DNA of 64,000 bases from Bilabrum cf. latius (taxonomy: Eukaryota), in the NCBI GenBank assembly GCA_965178125.1, contig OZ237743.1, forward strand, positions 310,001-374,000, written 5' to 3'. The position numbers were made by a program, and so were the translations under genes. The stretch's first letter is position 1; each line of letters begins with the position of its first letter. Below, in pieces: positions 27,707-40,297 of this stretch. The notes beneath the pieces were generated by a model. It made no database searches and was not told the origin of the DNA. It was given only the letters and a program-made list of their open reading frames with translations.

Positions 27707-30145
27707 ATTCTTTTTGTTGTGGTCTCATGGCAGCTCTGCAAGCCAGTAGTGGACCGTAAGCGGCCCCTGCTGTCCTTCGCAGCGTGTCAGGTGCTACATC
27801 GAGGCATCGGGAACAATCATTCCCACGCCTTGGTGGATCCCACTGCCGGGGGCAGTGGTTGGGTCCTCCGAGCCTGGAGCTCGGAGAGGTAGGGCGTGAG
27901 TTCAGATCTGAGCAGTTCTCCATCGGAGGAGGACGAGCTGCTGGGCTCAAGCCAAGGAAATACGTGGGGCACTTCTGACTGGGCCGAATGGCTATCCGCC
28001 TCGTCTGTCGTGCCAGTGGAACCGTGGGTTCCTAGCAGTTGGGATGACTCAGCTGCGCCATCGCAAACGTGGGCAGCCTGGATGCGATCCCTGCAGGATG
28101 CGGAGGGGCGCAGTCGTGCCAAAGAGGCACCGCCAGCGCTTGGTAGACAGCACCAGCGACTGGTGGCCCACCTGACAGCGGACCCCATGGTGCTCACGGG
28201 CGACCCCGAAGCAGCACGCGCCACCAGAGCGAAGCAGGTGCAGTGGGCTACGTACCTGCGTGCAGCGTGCCCGCCTCGTACCTTCCGAGCCAAGGACTGG
28301 AAGGCCATGTCACCGGCTGAGCGGACGCTGTGTGGATTTGCCCACGGTTTCCCGATGGGCCGCACAGCAGCTGTCCAGCAGCAGGTCAAGCTGCCGACAA
28401 ACTCCATCCCGACTGAGGCTGCGGCTGCAGTGCACTGCGAGCTGGGAGCCAGCCTGCGTGAGTCGCGTCGGTTGGCCATCGCAGCGTCATCTGCACCGAG
28501 CACCCCGGTAAGCGCGGTGGTGGCGATCCCTAAGAAGAAGGTTGGCGACTATCGGCTCTTGCTGGATGCATCGGACAAGCGGGCGGGCACCCTGTTGGGG
28601 GCCAACGTGGCAGTCGAATACGAGCGCTGGACGAGTGCCCCGATGGCATCGATCGGCGAGCTGATGCGCAAGGCCGTGCGCATCTCGCAGCACACCTCCG
28701 AGCCCCTGGCGGGCCTGACAATTGACCTCAGCAAGGCCTTCTGGTAGTTCCCGCTGGCTGTTGGTGACATTCCGTATCAGCAATTGCGCATCGGCGACAT
28801 GGTGCTGCTCGGCACGCGCCTCGGCATGGGCAACAAGAGCAGCCCTGGTCACGTCACCACGGCGACGACATGCTTCGGTGACGCCTTTGAGGAGCGCTGG
28901 AATTTCGATCCTGTGCGGCCCACGACTGCAACGTCGACCTTCGTGGATGATTTTGGTTTAGTGGCACCGTTGACGCGGATTGATCACTTGGCCATGTAGT
29001 TCGTGCATGATGCTGCGCGAGTGGGCCTCCAAGTCAGCGAGTCGAAAGCACTGGAAGTGGGCACCCCGGGGCCTCGGTTCGATTTCCTGGGGTACACGGT
29101 AGCGCTGGATGAGTTCAAGGTGTACGTGCAGCCGTCCAAGGTCACGAAGGCGGTCGGGCTCATTGACGGCATCTTGGGGGCCACCCAGGCTGGGATCCGT
29201 CGGTCAACGGGAGAATCGCTGGTGGGCCTGCTGTGCTACGTGGCAGAAGCCATCCTGCCTGCCAAACCGCGCTGCAGACCTCTGTTCTCGTGGCTGCATG
29301 CCAACGAGCACGCCTCGGTACTCTCCGTTCCAGCCGAGGTTCAGCGGACCCTGCGATGGTGGCGACATGCCCTGCTGCACCAGGATGGCCGCTCGTTCCC
29401 GCGACAGCACGATCCCGAACGCGATCCAGTGATGTTCACGGACGCATCGCTGCATGGATGGGGTGGCTACTTGGTCTGGCCCTCAGGTGCCACGTAGGCC
29501 ATCTACGGCACGTGGCCGGATTCTACCTGCCTACTGTCCAACGACATCTCGGCTCTCGAACTCGGATGCATTGAGATCCTGTGTGATCAGTGGAAGAACG
29601 AACTGCGGGGACATGTGTTGCTTGTGCGGTGTGACAACTCCGCCTCTGTGCATTGTTTGCGTCGTGGGTTTTGTCGTAGTGTCCGCATGGCTCGCATCCT
29701 CTCTGACCTGTTCACCACCCTCTGCTCCCACGACGTGTAGGTTTGGAGCCGGCACATACCAGGGTTAGAGAACACCTGGGCCGACCGCTTGTCCAGGGAA
29801 GGTCACCCGACAAACTTGCCGCCGCACTGGGCATCGGTGAGGGAGCTCCCGACGCCTACGAGGACTTGGTCGAACTTGCGGCCATCAAGGCCGCCTCGAG
29901 CATCGAGGCGAATGGCACCACGGCACTTCGGCACTGGGCAGCGTACGGCCGCAGATACGGCCTCGACCTGGCGCCACCGGCCTTTGGCTCCATCGGTCCG
30001 GCACGCAACGAGGCCTTCGAAGTGGAACTCGGCAGATTCATCACGTACGTGGCGGCGGCCGAGCCGGGCATCAGCGGCGCCTCCGCAAGCCAGTACGCAG
30101 CGCAAGTGGCGTCCTTGTACAAACGACTAGGAGGAGTCGCAGTGA
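27707..30145 (+). CDS. Ngaro reverse transcriptase + RNase H (open frame; start uncertain, first ATG 28082)
   Basis: YRLLLD, DLSKAFW[TAG]FP, LGMG..SSP, FVDDF, FLGY, FTDAS..GWGG, ISALEL, CDN, HIPG.EN..ADRLSR; ends TGA. Confidence 0.9.
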
Positions 30146-30993
30146 AAGGACTCGGTGACTTTGGCCATGCAGTGGCCAGGCACTACACGGCAGCCAAGCC
30201 AACCCTTGCGAGTCTGCACCGCACGCCCATCCCGTTGTCGGCAGTGCGGCGCTTCTTTGAGTTCCAGCCATCCACCCCCGGCGAAAGTGCGGCCCAGTTG
30301 GCGGGTGCACTGGCCTTTGGGGGGACCATGCGCCTGGGCGAGGCCACCGGAGAGGCACGGGCTGCCTCTGACCCGCATCGCCTCAGGCATGTATCCTGGG
30401 CAATCGAGGACAATCAGGTGATCAGCTGCTCCCTGCACCTGCGGTTCACCAAGGCGGGTGGACCAGCCACGGTGGCTATTGCAGCCCGATCCCCTGTGTA
30501 GGTGGACGAAGGCGGGGTACAGGGCAGCACATGCTGCCCTGTTTACCTTCTCGTCCGGCACGTCGTGACAAGGTTGACCTCGGCGGGAATCCCGGTCACC
30601 TCGCCCCACCACCTGCACAACGCCTGCCAGAACAGTCAGGTGTTGTTGTTCCCGGAGATCGCATCGCCAGGTCGCCGTAAGACGCGGCACATCGTCGCAG
30701 CCGATGTCGTACGCCTGGTGCGGAGCTGTGCAAGCCACCACGATGATGCGAGTGGGTGGCATGGGCACAGTTTCCGCATCACCAGCACCACCACAATGGT
30801 GCGACTGGGCATCGAGCACGGCATTGTGCAGCGTCTTGGACGGTGGGCTTCCACCAAGAGCATGAACACCTACATCCGGCAGGAGGCCGACGGGCTGCCA
30901 GCGATCGATATTGGTTGGACGCACCTTGAGCTGCAGCGAGCACCACAGGCGGCGCTGCTCGAGGCGGTGGCACAAGCTCGGGCGTCCGACTAA
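29743..30993 (+). CDS. Ngaro tyrosine recombinase (one TAG at 30499; start uncertain)
   Basis: MRLGE (R), FTK (K), HSFR, LGRW, MNTYIR (Y); ends TAA. Confidence 0.9.
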
Positions 30994-33900
30994 TCCCAAC
31001 TAACTTGGAGACACTTTGCTTTGCTTCAACGAGACCACCCTCTGCAACCTCCCGTAAGGAAGATATGGTAAGACATGGAGAATTCGTTGTGTGTCTCCGC
31101 TGGTGGACAAATCCATCGGTGGATTCAGGCACATGGCGACGGCTCTGTGTTCGATGCCATGTCTGGTTGTATTTGGGCGGTTGAGTCTGTAAAAGAAGCT
31201 TTCATGGAAGTCACGATGTCATGGTATTAAGGAGACAGAGTCTGATTCGTTGTTGACGTCAAATGAGATGATAAGCGTCTGTGCGATGAGGATGGCTCTG
31301 CGAAGAAGGAGAACGCCGCAACACCTTGTCCGTAGGTGGGAAGAGGAATTGTAGCGTTAGACATCGTAATCTGATTAACGGAAGAGGCAGGCCACGAAGA
31401 GTGGAGGTTGGCATTTCTCCAGTCAATCGCCTCCATTCGGGGTGGAAGAGCTCAGGACTGACAGATCGTCTTGAATTCTTTTCCCACCCGCCCGGGCCCG
31501 GAGAATTCGTTGTGTGTCTCCGCTGGTGGACAAATCCATCGGTGGATTCAGGCACATGGCGACGGCTCTGTGTTCGATGCCATGTCTGGTTGTATTTGGG
31601 CGGTTGAGTCTGTAAAAGAAGCTTTCATGGAAGTCACGATGTCAGATAAATGTCTAGCGGCTGCCAGGCGGTGAGGAATCTGATGAGCCACACCGGGCTC
31701 CTACGTCAGGCTAATGGGGAAGAGTCAGCTGCATCTCGGTGCACTTTCCTATAGCATCCCACCTGTGACTGTCAATCTTGATCGGAACCACGATCGAATG
31801 GGTGCCTCTTGCTGCCTCGGTCGCCACCTTGGTCCCGTGGGTGTCTCTGATATCATAGGGCATGTAGGCCTTGCCTTCGCGGCCAGGTACTGGCTTTGAG
31901 GATTCAGCAGGAACCGCATCTGGCTCCCTCATGGCTGCACCTCGTGCTACTCGACTCGTGGACCCTGGCTCCACGTGACCGCCCGCAATCACGAAGATCT
32001 CTTCCTCCAGTCCAGTGAAGTCTCGGTTCAGCTGAAACTCCTCGTACGTGTACACGACCGCTTCGTCCAGCACAAAGACAACCTGGTACTGACTCATTGC
32101 GCTGACAACCTAGTCATCGATCTCACCTGCATCGGCAACATCGGTAGGATCCGTTTCGCCAGCATCGGCATCCTCACCGCCAGCAACAGCAGTAGCAGAC
32201 GAAGCTGAAGCACCTGCATCAGCTGCTGCTGCAGCCGCTCCTCCAGCGCCAACATCGCTTGCAGCACGATCTCGTACTGGAGGATCGTCTAGGCGATAGA
32301 ATGGGTTTACAATTGAGTACTCAGCTACGCCATCGCCTGCACCACTGCTTCGGTCGCCCGCTGAAGCAGCACCACCGGAGGCAGAACCTGTGCCTGCACC
32401 AGCATGACTGTCGGCTGAGGATGCTCCAGTCCCAGCCGAGCTGACAGGTGGCACTGGCTTGTGCACGCCATCAAGCAATGGAACACTCCCAGCCTTTGAT
32501 AGTTCTGAGGTCTGAACAAGCTCAACTCCAGTCACGCTGCTTTTGCCATTTGAAGAGACAGCTCGTGGTCTATGCTGCGACAAACTAGCTACGTCGTGCA
32601 GCTGCGAATGTGGCCGCACAGTTTCTACCGTACTAGCGGTCCCACCGGAGCATACACAGCCAGAGCACGACTCCTCGCTGCCGCGCAGACCTGCCAGCTT
32701 CACGGGGTGGTCAGGGTAGTGCGCCCGCACCAGCCCGCTCTTCACGATGAGTGCCTGCACCGTGGATCCCACACACGCTGCCATGCCGATGGACGACGGC
32801 TGAGGGATGAAGGCCCCGCTAGACATGCTGGCCTTGCCCAGCTGCTGAATGCCGCGCAGCACCTCTATCACAGCGCCAAGGTCAGCTGTAGCCGGCTTGG
32901 GGGACGCGAGCTGGTAGGCGAGCTTGTGCCATGCGGTGTGGGCGAAGCTCCGGGGAGCTCCATGCTGGTCGTTGCGATCCGGTCCGGGCGCGTAGCCGTT
33001 GATGTCGAGGTGCTGGATGTACTGCAGCCCGCCGTCCTGGGTCTCTGTGCCTCGGGCCAGTCGGTCGAGGTGGGCGGCGGCAGTAGCGAGGGCGGTCCTC
33101 TTGGCCTCTGCTGCCACGAGGCCCCACACCATCTCGGTGTCCGGGTGGCGGCTGCTGCTTGTCGCGAATGCCGAGGACTGCAGAGCGGCCTGCACCTGGC
33201 ACAGGGGCTTGAGGACAGGGGCGGCGTTGCCCGGCAGGCTGGTCATGGCAGCGAGCTTGCGGGCGCATCCAGCCGCGAAGCTCTGCAGGCCGAGCAGGTG
33301 AGCGGATGCACCGCTCGAGGTGGCGGCGCCGTCCGTGTGCTTGATGCCGTCGGCATCAGGAGCATCCGCGTGCTGCAGCTCATGCAGCGCTTCGATCAGC
33401 CCGCTCGCGGCGTCGTGCATGGCCTTGCCGACCTCTCTCGGGTCCATGTCCGTGACGAAGTCGACGAAGCGCTCCGCCGACAGCTCCTGTCCTTGATCCA
33501 TCCAGTACATCATGTGCTTGCATTGATCATGCGCAGGCTGGGAGTCGGGCGCTGCAGGCGGATCGGGCTTGGATTTCCCCATTGTGAGAGGCTGCTGATT
33601 GTGGGTTCGCGCGGCGTTGGGGCCCGCATCGTCTGCGATGAGAGCGAAGTCGGCGCAAACATACGATGTCTTACTTCATATGATCAGCGAGCTAGCAAAG
33701 GAAGCCAATAATCTCTCACTGGCGTCTGACGGCATTGCGTCGAGCTTGGGATCAATAACCGACGGAGACTTCTTGAGCTCGGTTGTCCGAGTCCTGCGGC
33801 GCACTCGGTGGGCTCTCGATGGCGAGTCACCCAGAGCTAATGGCAACAGCACTGTGAGCAGACAAAGCGATGCCAGCGTGCGCATGGTAGCTGGAAATGA

Positions 33901-34458
33901 GTGGTTCTACCGGTCGCATGTGTGATGCGTAGCGACCAACTCGGAATATTGCACCTTGATCGGAATGGCGTGCATGGCGCCATGAACATCGGATGATAAG
34001 CTTTTAGTTGTAATCATGGTCTATGCACATCGTATGAAGGGCACGCATGGAGCCGAGGCATGCATGAGACCTGGGTGGAGGTAAATTCAGATACAAACGC
34101 GAAGATGCGATATATTGGGGAACGCTTGGGCTGCATGTCCTTCTTCATGGTACATTGGCAATCTGTGTTTGTTCTATATGTGCTGCTTCGAGTGTCGGTA
34201 AGAGCGAGCAGGCGCTATCACTGATTGCTCGAAGTCTGACCAGGACCCAAGCTGCTGGCAGGAGCAAGTGGGCCCGAAGATCTGCAGCCATGACAAGTGT
34301 TGGGGGGGTGTATTGTATTACGCTGATATGATCGATTGTATCGTGGTCCTCCGGCCAGTCGCAGTCGTGTCCACTCTATTGATGCCCTCGCAAGAACTTG
34401 GGCTGCTGCTTGCAGGATACGCACAATGCCAGCTGCGCACCTGGCATGAGCGAACACA

Positions 34459-35754
34459 TCAAGCCGCCATCCTTGCACACGCAAGCCGGACCGCAGTACG
34501 GTCCCCCACCTGCTTCAGCCCAAGAACCTCCGCCAGCTCGCCATCCGTCGTGGCAGCCAGCTCCCATACAGACCGCACATGCTGTTGCCGACACCGTGCT
34601 GCGGCATCCGCAAGTCCAAGCGCCCCTAGGAGATCGCAGGCAGACCCAGAGGGCATGCCAGCAGCAGCCGCAGCAGGCGCATGCTCATATTTCTACCCGT
34701 CGCCCTTGCCCTTGCCCTTGCCCTTGCCCTTGCCCTTACCCTTACCCTTGCCCTTGCCCTTGCCCTTGCCCTTGCCCATATGCTGGCTCTCGCCTGGCCC
34801 CTTGTCTCGATTCTCCGCGCTTTGCCCTCCAGCCAACCCTGACCCCTACGACCTGTCCGGCTTGCACAGAGACTCGACGGCCTTGCTTACCAGCGATAGG
34901 CCTGATAATGACTCGCTGGCAGCGTGGCGGGAATCCAGGAGCCACCACTGCAGCTGCCGAATCGACATGCCAAGGACAAGGGGCGAGGAGGAAGAGACAG
35001 GGGCTGCACCCGTCCCACTGCCACCACCAGCACCTACACCTGAAGAGGCGCCTTCGCTGCATCCATCTTGCCCTGCAAGTGCCTCGCGAATCCCATGTGC
35101 AAGCGCTCTCGCTTCCCGCCCTGCCATGCCACCGCCACCCGGCACTGCCTCGGGCATGGCAAACACAACCGATGCCAGTCGCAGCACGTCGTCGCGAGAG
35201 GCGCCGCGCAGGAGCTGTCCCAGCGGAACCATCTCCAGCAGTCCCGCGGCCATGCCATCTGCCACCGACTGCAGCACGCTCGTGTCAGCGTCGATGGCAA
35301 GCGACAGGTCCTTGCGCAGAGGCGAGGCCGCCGGGCTCATCGCGATCAATCGAGTGTGCTTGGCCTGCTTGATTGCCGCAGCCGTGAAGCCATCGCTGTT
35401 CCCCCCAGCATCCACGGCGCTGCCTGCCTGCAGGAGCAGACGGGAGGACGGCGGCGTGCTTCTCATCGCAGCCGAAGCACCGCTGCCTGCCACCAGCCGG
35501 AGAGAAACGACGCGCAGGACGTGTGTCCCCACCCCACACAGGCCCACAGCCGCCCATCGCATGCTGCTGGTGACCCGATCATCGAGCTCGTCCGACTGCC
35601 GCCAATAAGCGGTAGACCCAGCTACCACGGACCATGACTCATGAAGCGCGCCAAGTGGCAGCCCAAGCTTGAGCGGGGACCTGGTGAGGCTCCGGATGAG
35701 CCAGTTCGTTTGTGTCAGAATCGAACAATTGCAGCAGGCTGCAGTTCTCGCCAA
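34459..35754 (-). CDS. SAM-domain protein, copy 3
   Basis: Paralog of 11682..12989. Confidence 0.65.
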
Positions 35755-35755
35755 T

Positions 35756-37352
35756 ATGGTGTACTATATGATACAAGAATAGCGCATACCGGATGCCTAT
35801 CGCAGCCCGTACAGAAGCATCACCTCAATCGTGAGGAGCCAAGCAAGTCGAATAGCATCGCGTCTCATACGCGGAGTAATAGCAAGTCTTGTACATGATA
35901 GTATTATGTCAGCATGCATTTTTACTCAAGTCTCTGCAGGTTTCATCTGACGGCATGCACGAGAGCTACAAGGTAGGCAGGAACGATTTTGCTCCCGAAT
36001 GCACGTCGTTTTGGCATTTCCTGTGGGCGATCAGGCAGGGGTACTCCAGCGCCACAATGCCTTCCGGATCGGGCATGGCAGGTTTGAAGCAGCTGCTGGC
36101 GCTGCTGCCTTCGGATGGCATCCGTTTGGAGTCGCTGCGGCTTGTGGACGAGACGATCGATGTTTCGGTCGCCAGGTTGCTTTGCGAGATGGTATGTTTG
36201 GACGTGGAGGGCCATGGGTTGTCTTGCTTGCATCTGAAGGACTGCATGTGGAAGCCAGGCGCCATGGCAGCACTGGCTCCGTCGATGCTGCACTCGGGGA
36301 GGTCGAATCGCCTGGAAGCACTCCTCTTGCAGAGCACTTCTGGCGAGCAATCGGTGAAAGGGGGCCCTCAGGATCTGTTCGAGTCGCTCGGGTAGGTGCT
36401 AGGAGACTCGCGGTGTAGTCTGTATGCGCTGAGTCTGGTGGGCATGCTCGGATGGGATTGGCGTTCTGGAACCACTGAAGGGCCAGCCTATGTTGGCCTG
36501 TATCGGCGGAATGCCCCGATAGCGAAGGGCATGCTGAGCAACAGAAGCATTCGGTATTTGTCGACTGGGGACTGCGTGGTGAACACAGAGCAGCTGGTCG
36601 CGTGGGCCGATGCTCTGGCCAAGCATCGCTGGTTGCGGCAGCTGCTGATTTCCTTCCTGCCAAACTCGCCCCAAGCATTTGTCACCTTCGGGGGTTCTGT
36701 AGCTAGGATCGTGCGCGAGAGCGTGAGCATCAGGCACATGATGCTATTTTACGACATTGAGCAATATTGGAGGCCTGAACTGCCACCATTGGACCAATTG
36801 CGGGCTGCAGTGAGGCAGAACAGGGCGCTGCTGTCGATGTCGATTGGATGGAATGGCAGTGAGTATCACAGAAGGCTTCAGTAGTTCAATCGTCAGCATA
36901 ACATGAATTTGGAGGCGGTGGTAGCCCATCCGCGGATGGTGTTCTACGACTGGTGCACACTAGACGTGACCTACAAGAATGAGTATGTAGAGCCTGCGAT
37001 GTTGCCGAGGCTCCAGGAGTACCAATCCAGACAGTCCAGGCTGTGGGCCTTGATACAAAATAGGACCGCTGCGCAAGCTCACCGGGATGCGAAGCTAGTG
37101 TGGCGAGCTGCAGCAGAGGGCAGACCCCTAGAGTTGGCGAAGCGACTGCGGCTCGGGGTTATGGCAGGTGGGGCAGAACGGAAAGGGCTCGTGTCAGGCA
37201 GATTATTAAACGCGGCGCAAGCAGCGGAGGCAGGTGGGCATAGGGAATGCGCTCTGCTAGTGCGCCGGTCAGTAGCGCGGGAGCTGAACCGACGGGCAGT
37301 GTATTTTGGCAAGTTGGGATGCGTGCCAGGGTGTTCCTGCCTGGTGCTGTGA
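35756..37352 (+). CDS. LRR + ankyrin-like B1, copy 4; join(35756..35830,35940..37352)
   Basis: Paralog. Confidence 0.7.
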
Positions 37353-38245
37353 GGCTAACCCGAATCATCTTAGATCCACGCAGCTTGACTACGGCCCAGC
37401 ACACCCACAGTTGAAGCAGACTAGTAGCTGCGGCGGTTGCTGTTTGGTAAGAGTGTAGTCAAGCGGGCCATCGTACTCGGGAGAGAATGCAAGCTGGCCA
37501 TGCCAATTACTGACCGTGACGAGGCGGGCTAGAAGCTGGTTAATCCCCAGCTGCGGACCAAGCTGACGACAGGGGGGCATAGGACCTCAAAAAAGAGAAG
37601 AGCCATACATGTTCGACGCCCAGGTGTGGCAATGTAGGGCACGGAATCGTTTGTGACAGCGGCTACAGTTCCAGACGGTGTCCACCACCCGATGATCCGA
37701 GCGAAGTAGAGGCTCTGGATCAGAAGGGAGCTGGCGATGAAGTGGACACATGGATGGGTAGTTGGTACAAGCACGTCGGCCGATCATTGCATACAGTCCT
37801 TCCGGGTATCGCCGCGGTGAGGAGCAAAGGAGGACAGTGGGGACACTGACGTTCTGCTTGGCTAGCGCATCAGTGCCTGAAGAAGTCATTGGACGAGCAG
37901 AAGCCAAAGTCATCGGGACATAGTTGAGGAAGAAGAAGGAGAGGAACATGGTTTCAGATACAATGCTGAAAGCAGAATGAAGTACGAGCTGCGACCTGCC
38001 ACCGCGTCGGCCGTTTTAGCCTCTGTTTGTCGGCGATCGGTATGTGCGACACAGGTGCAAGCGTCGACGGCATACTACGCCGGCGGGGTCCAGCTCATGG
38101 GAATCTGAATGCGACTTCGCTACAGCTTTTGACCTGTCATGGCCTAGCCCCCCACCCTGCATTGCTGGCCAATTGATTCTCCTTCTCAAATCTAGCTCTT
38201 TCAGAAATATCTTTACAATTTTAGCGGTCTGCAGGCTTTGGCAGC

Positions 38246-39683
38246 ATGGTGGATTGCATTATACAGGAATGGCTACCACTCGATACCTATCGGAGCCCGT
38301 ACAGAAGCATCACCTCAATCGTGAGACGCCAGTTTCCGCCTCAAGTCGAACACGAACAGTTTGCGAGAGAAGGAGCCCGCTGCACCGCATGCTTGCATAG
38401 GTTCCATTTCTTGATCTATAAGACAGATGCCATTGCAATTTCTGCAGGTTTCATCTGACGGCATGCACGAGAGCTACAAGAGAGGCAGGAACGATTTTGC
38501 TCCCGAATGCCAATCCCTTCGGCAATTTCTGTGGGCGATCAGGCAGGGGTACTCCAGCGCCACAATGCCTTCCGGATCGGGCATGGCAGGCTTGAAGCAG
38601 CTGCTGGCGCTGCTGCCTTCGGATGGCATCCGGTTGAAGTCGCTGCGGCTGGTTGACGAGACGATCGATGTTCCGACAGCCAGGTTGCTTTGCGAGATGG
38701 TATGTTTGGACGTGGAGGGCCATGGGTTGTCTTGCTTGCATCTGAAGGACTGCATGTGGAAGCCAGGCGCCATGGCAGCACTGGCTCCGTCGATGCTGCA
38801 CTCGGGGAGGTTGAATCGCCTGGATGCACTCCTCTTGCAGAGCACTGGCAAGCAATCGGTGAAAGGAGCCCATCAGGATCTGTTCGAGTCGCTCGGGTAG
38901 GTGCTAGGAGACTCGCGCTGCAGCTTGTATGCGCTGAGCCTGATGGGTATGCTCGGATGGAATCACCGATATGGTCCGGTTCAAGGTGTGGACTGGACTT
39001 GCATGTATCGGCGCAATGCCTTGGTGGCCAGGGGCATGCTTAGAAACACAAGCATTCGGTATTTGTCGACTGGGGACTGCGTAGTTGATACAGAGCAGCT
39101 GGTCGCGTGGGCCGATGCTCTGGCCACGAGCTATTCCTTGCGGCAGCTTCTTGTGTCGTTTCATCCTGTGACGAACGAAGCCCGCATTGCGCTCGGTGCA
39201 CCAGTGGCAAGGATCGTGCGTGAGAACGTGAGCATCAGGCACCTGATATTGTTGTACGACATGGAGGACAAATGGGCGACGGTGCCGCCTCCGTTGGGCC
39301 TGCTGCGGGCAGCAATCAAATAGAACAGAGCGCTGCTATCGGTATCGGTCGGATGTGATGGATGCGAGTTCTACGACAGTAGGAAAGTTTTTTATACAGA
39401 GCACGACAAGAATCTGGATGCCATTGCGATGAATTTCCGGGTCGTGTTTTACGACTGGTGCACGCGATCGATGACATTCAAGAACGAGAATGTCGAGCCT
39501 GTGATGTTGCCGAGACTCCAGGAGTACCAGTCCAGGCAGTCCAGGCTGTGGGCCTTGGTACAGCATAGGACCGCTGCGCAGGCTCACCGGGATGCAAGGC
39601 TAGTGTTGCGAGCTGCAGCGGAGGGCAGGCCCCTAGAGTTGGCGAAACGATTGCGGCTCGGGGTGATGGCAGGTGGGGCGGAA
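38246..39683 (+). pseudogene. LRR + ankyrin-like B2, copy 3, broken by the viral insertion at ...VMAGGAE|
   Basis: Matches B2 up to GGGGCGGAA(C), then switches to C10 and unrelated sequence. Confidence 0.9.
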
Positions 39684-40297
39684 CCCCCCCCCCGACGGCT
39701 GACGGCAGAGCAGAGATAAATCTCTACTCCTTGTCGCCAATGATAGAGAAGTAAAGCCTTACGGCTTTTCTTCTCGTGGTTCCATCTACTGGTTCTCCTT
39801 CCGACCTTCCCATCTACGAGTGAGAGGGTCATCGTCCCGATAGGGGCGAGAGCCTCTCCATCAAATGGATTCTCCTGATGTCTCCTTCTCATTTCTTGAC
39901 ACTTTAACACGACACCACACTATAAAAGTATTTCAAGTTAAAATTTAATCATCTACTTGAACAGGTTTTGTCGGCTGTGTTGTGTGTCTGGTGGTGTGCT
40001 GGGCAGCTGCTCCATTTTTTTTTGGCGAAAATCACGGCTAGTGAATGGATTCTAGCAAGGTGGGAGGGTGTGTTCCCAACTGATAGCATCTACCAAACAA
40101 TGGAACCACAAAACGGGAACTATGTGTCAGCATAGGGTAGGATATTAGACTACTAGTTGCCGTTGCCGGAAGAGATACTTGGTTCAGACGAGTCTCAGGC
40201 AATGGCTCGTTCAGTCTGGGAGTACAGGATGCTTTTTGCCTGTGATTGAATTAATTATAAAAGCTTGTATCCAATTGTGTGCTATAAAAATCGTTGT

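Larger units (their letters stand above)
27454..31644 (+). mobile_element. Ngaro-type tyrosine-recombinase retrotransposon, 4191 bp, no TSD
   Basis: Split direct repeats A1 27454-27714, B1 31077-31221, A2 31222-31482, B2 31500-31644; RT-RNaseH and YR ORFs. Confidence 0.95.
25489..33885 (-). pseudogene. Divergent S8 protease, copy 3, interrupted by Ngaro (27454..31644)
   Basis: FVLDEA and THGTKVA lie before the insert, AAGNNG and GTSYAAP after it; excision restores TFI|GWGLAV, matching SVIGWGLAM of copy 1. Confidence 0.85.
1810..39683. repeat. Tandem segmental array, ~10.4-kb unit (SAM gene / LRR-ankyrin genes / S8 protease), about 3.6 copies
   Basis: Same anchor TCGACATGCCAAGG at 1810, 12179, 22528, 34962 (periods 10369, 10349, 12434); repeated ORF sets in the track. 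Confidence 0.95.
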
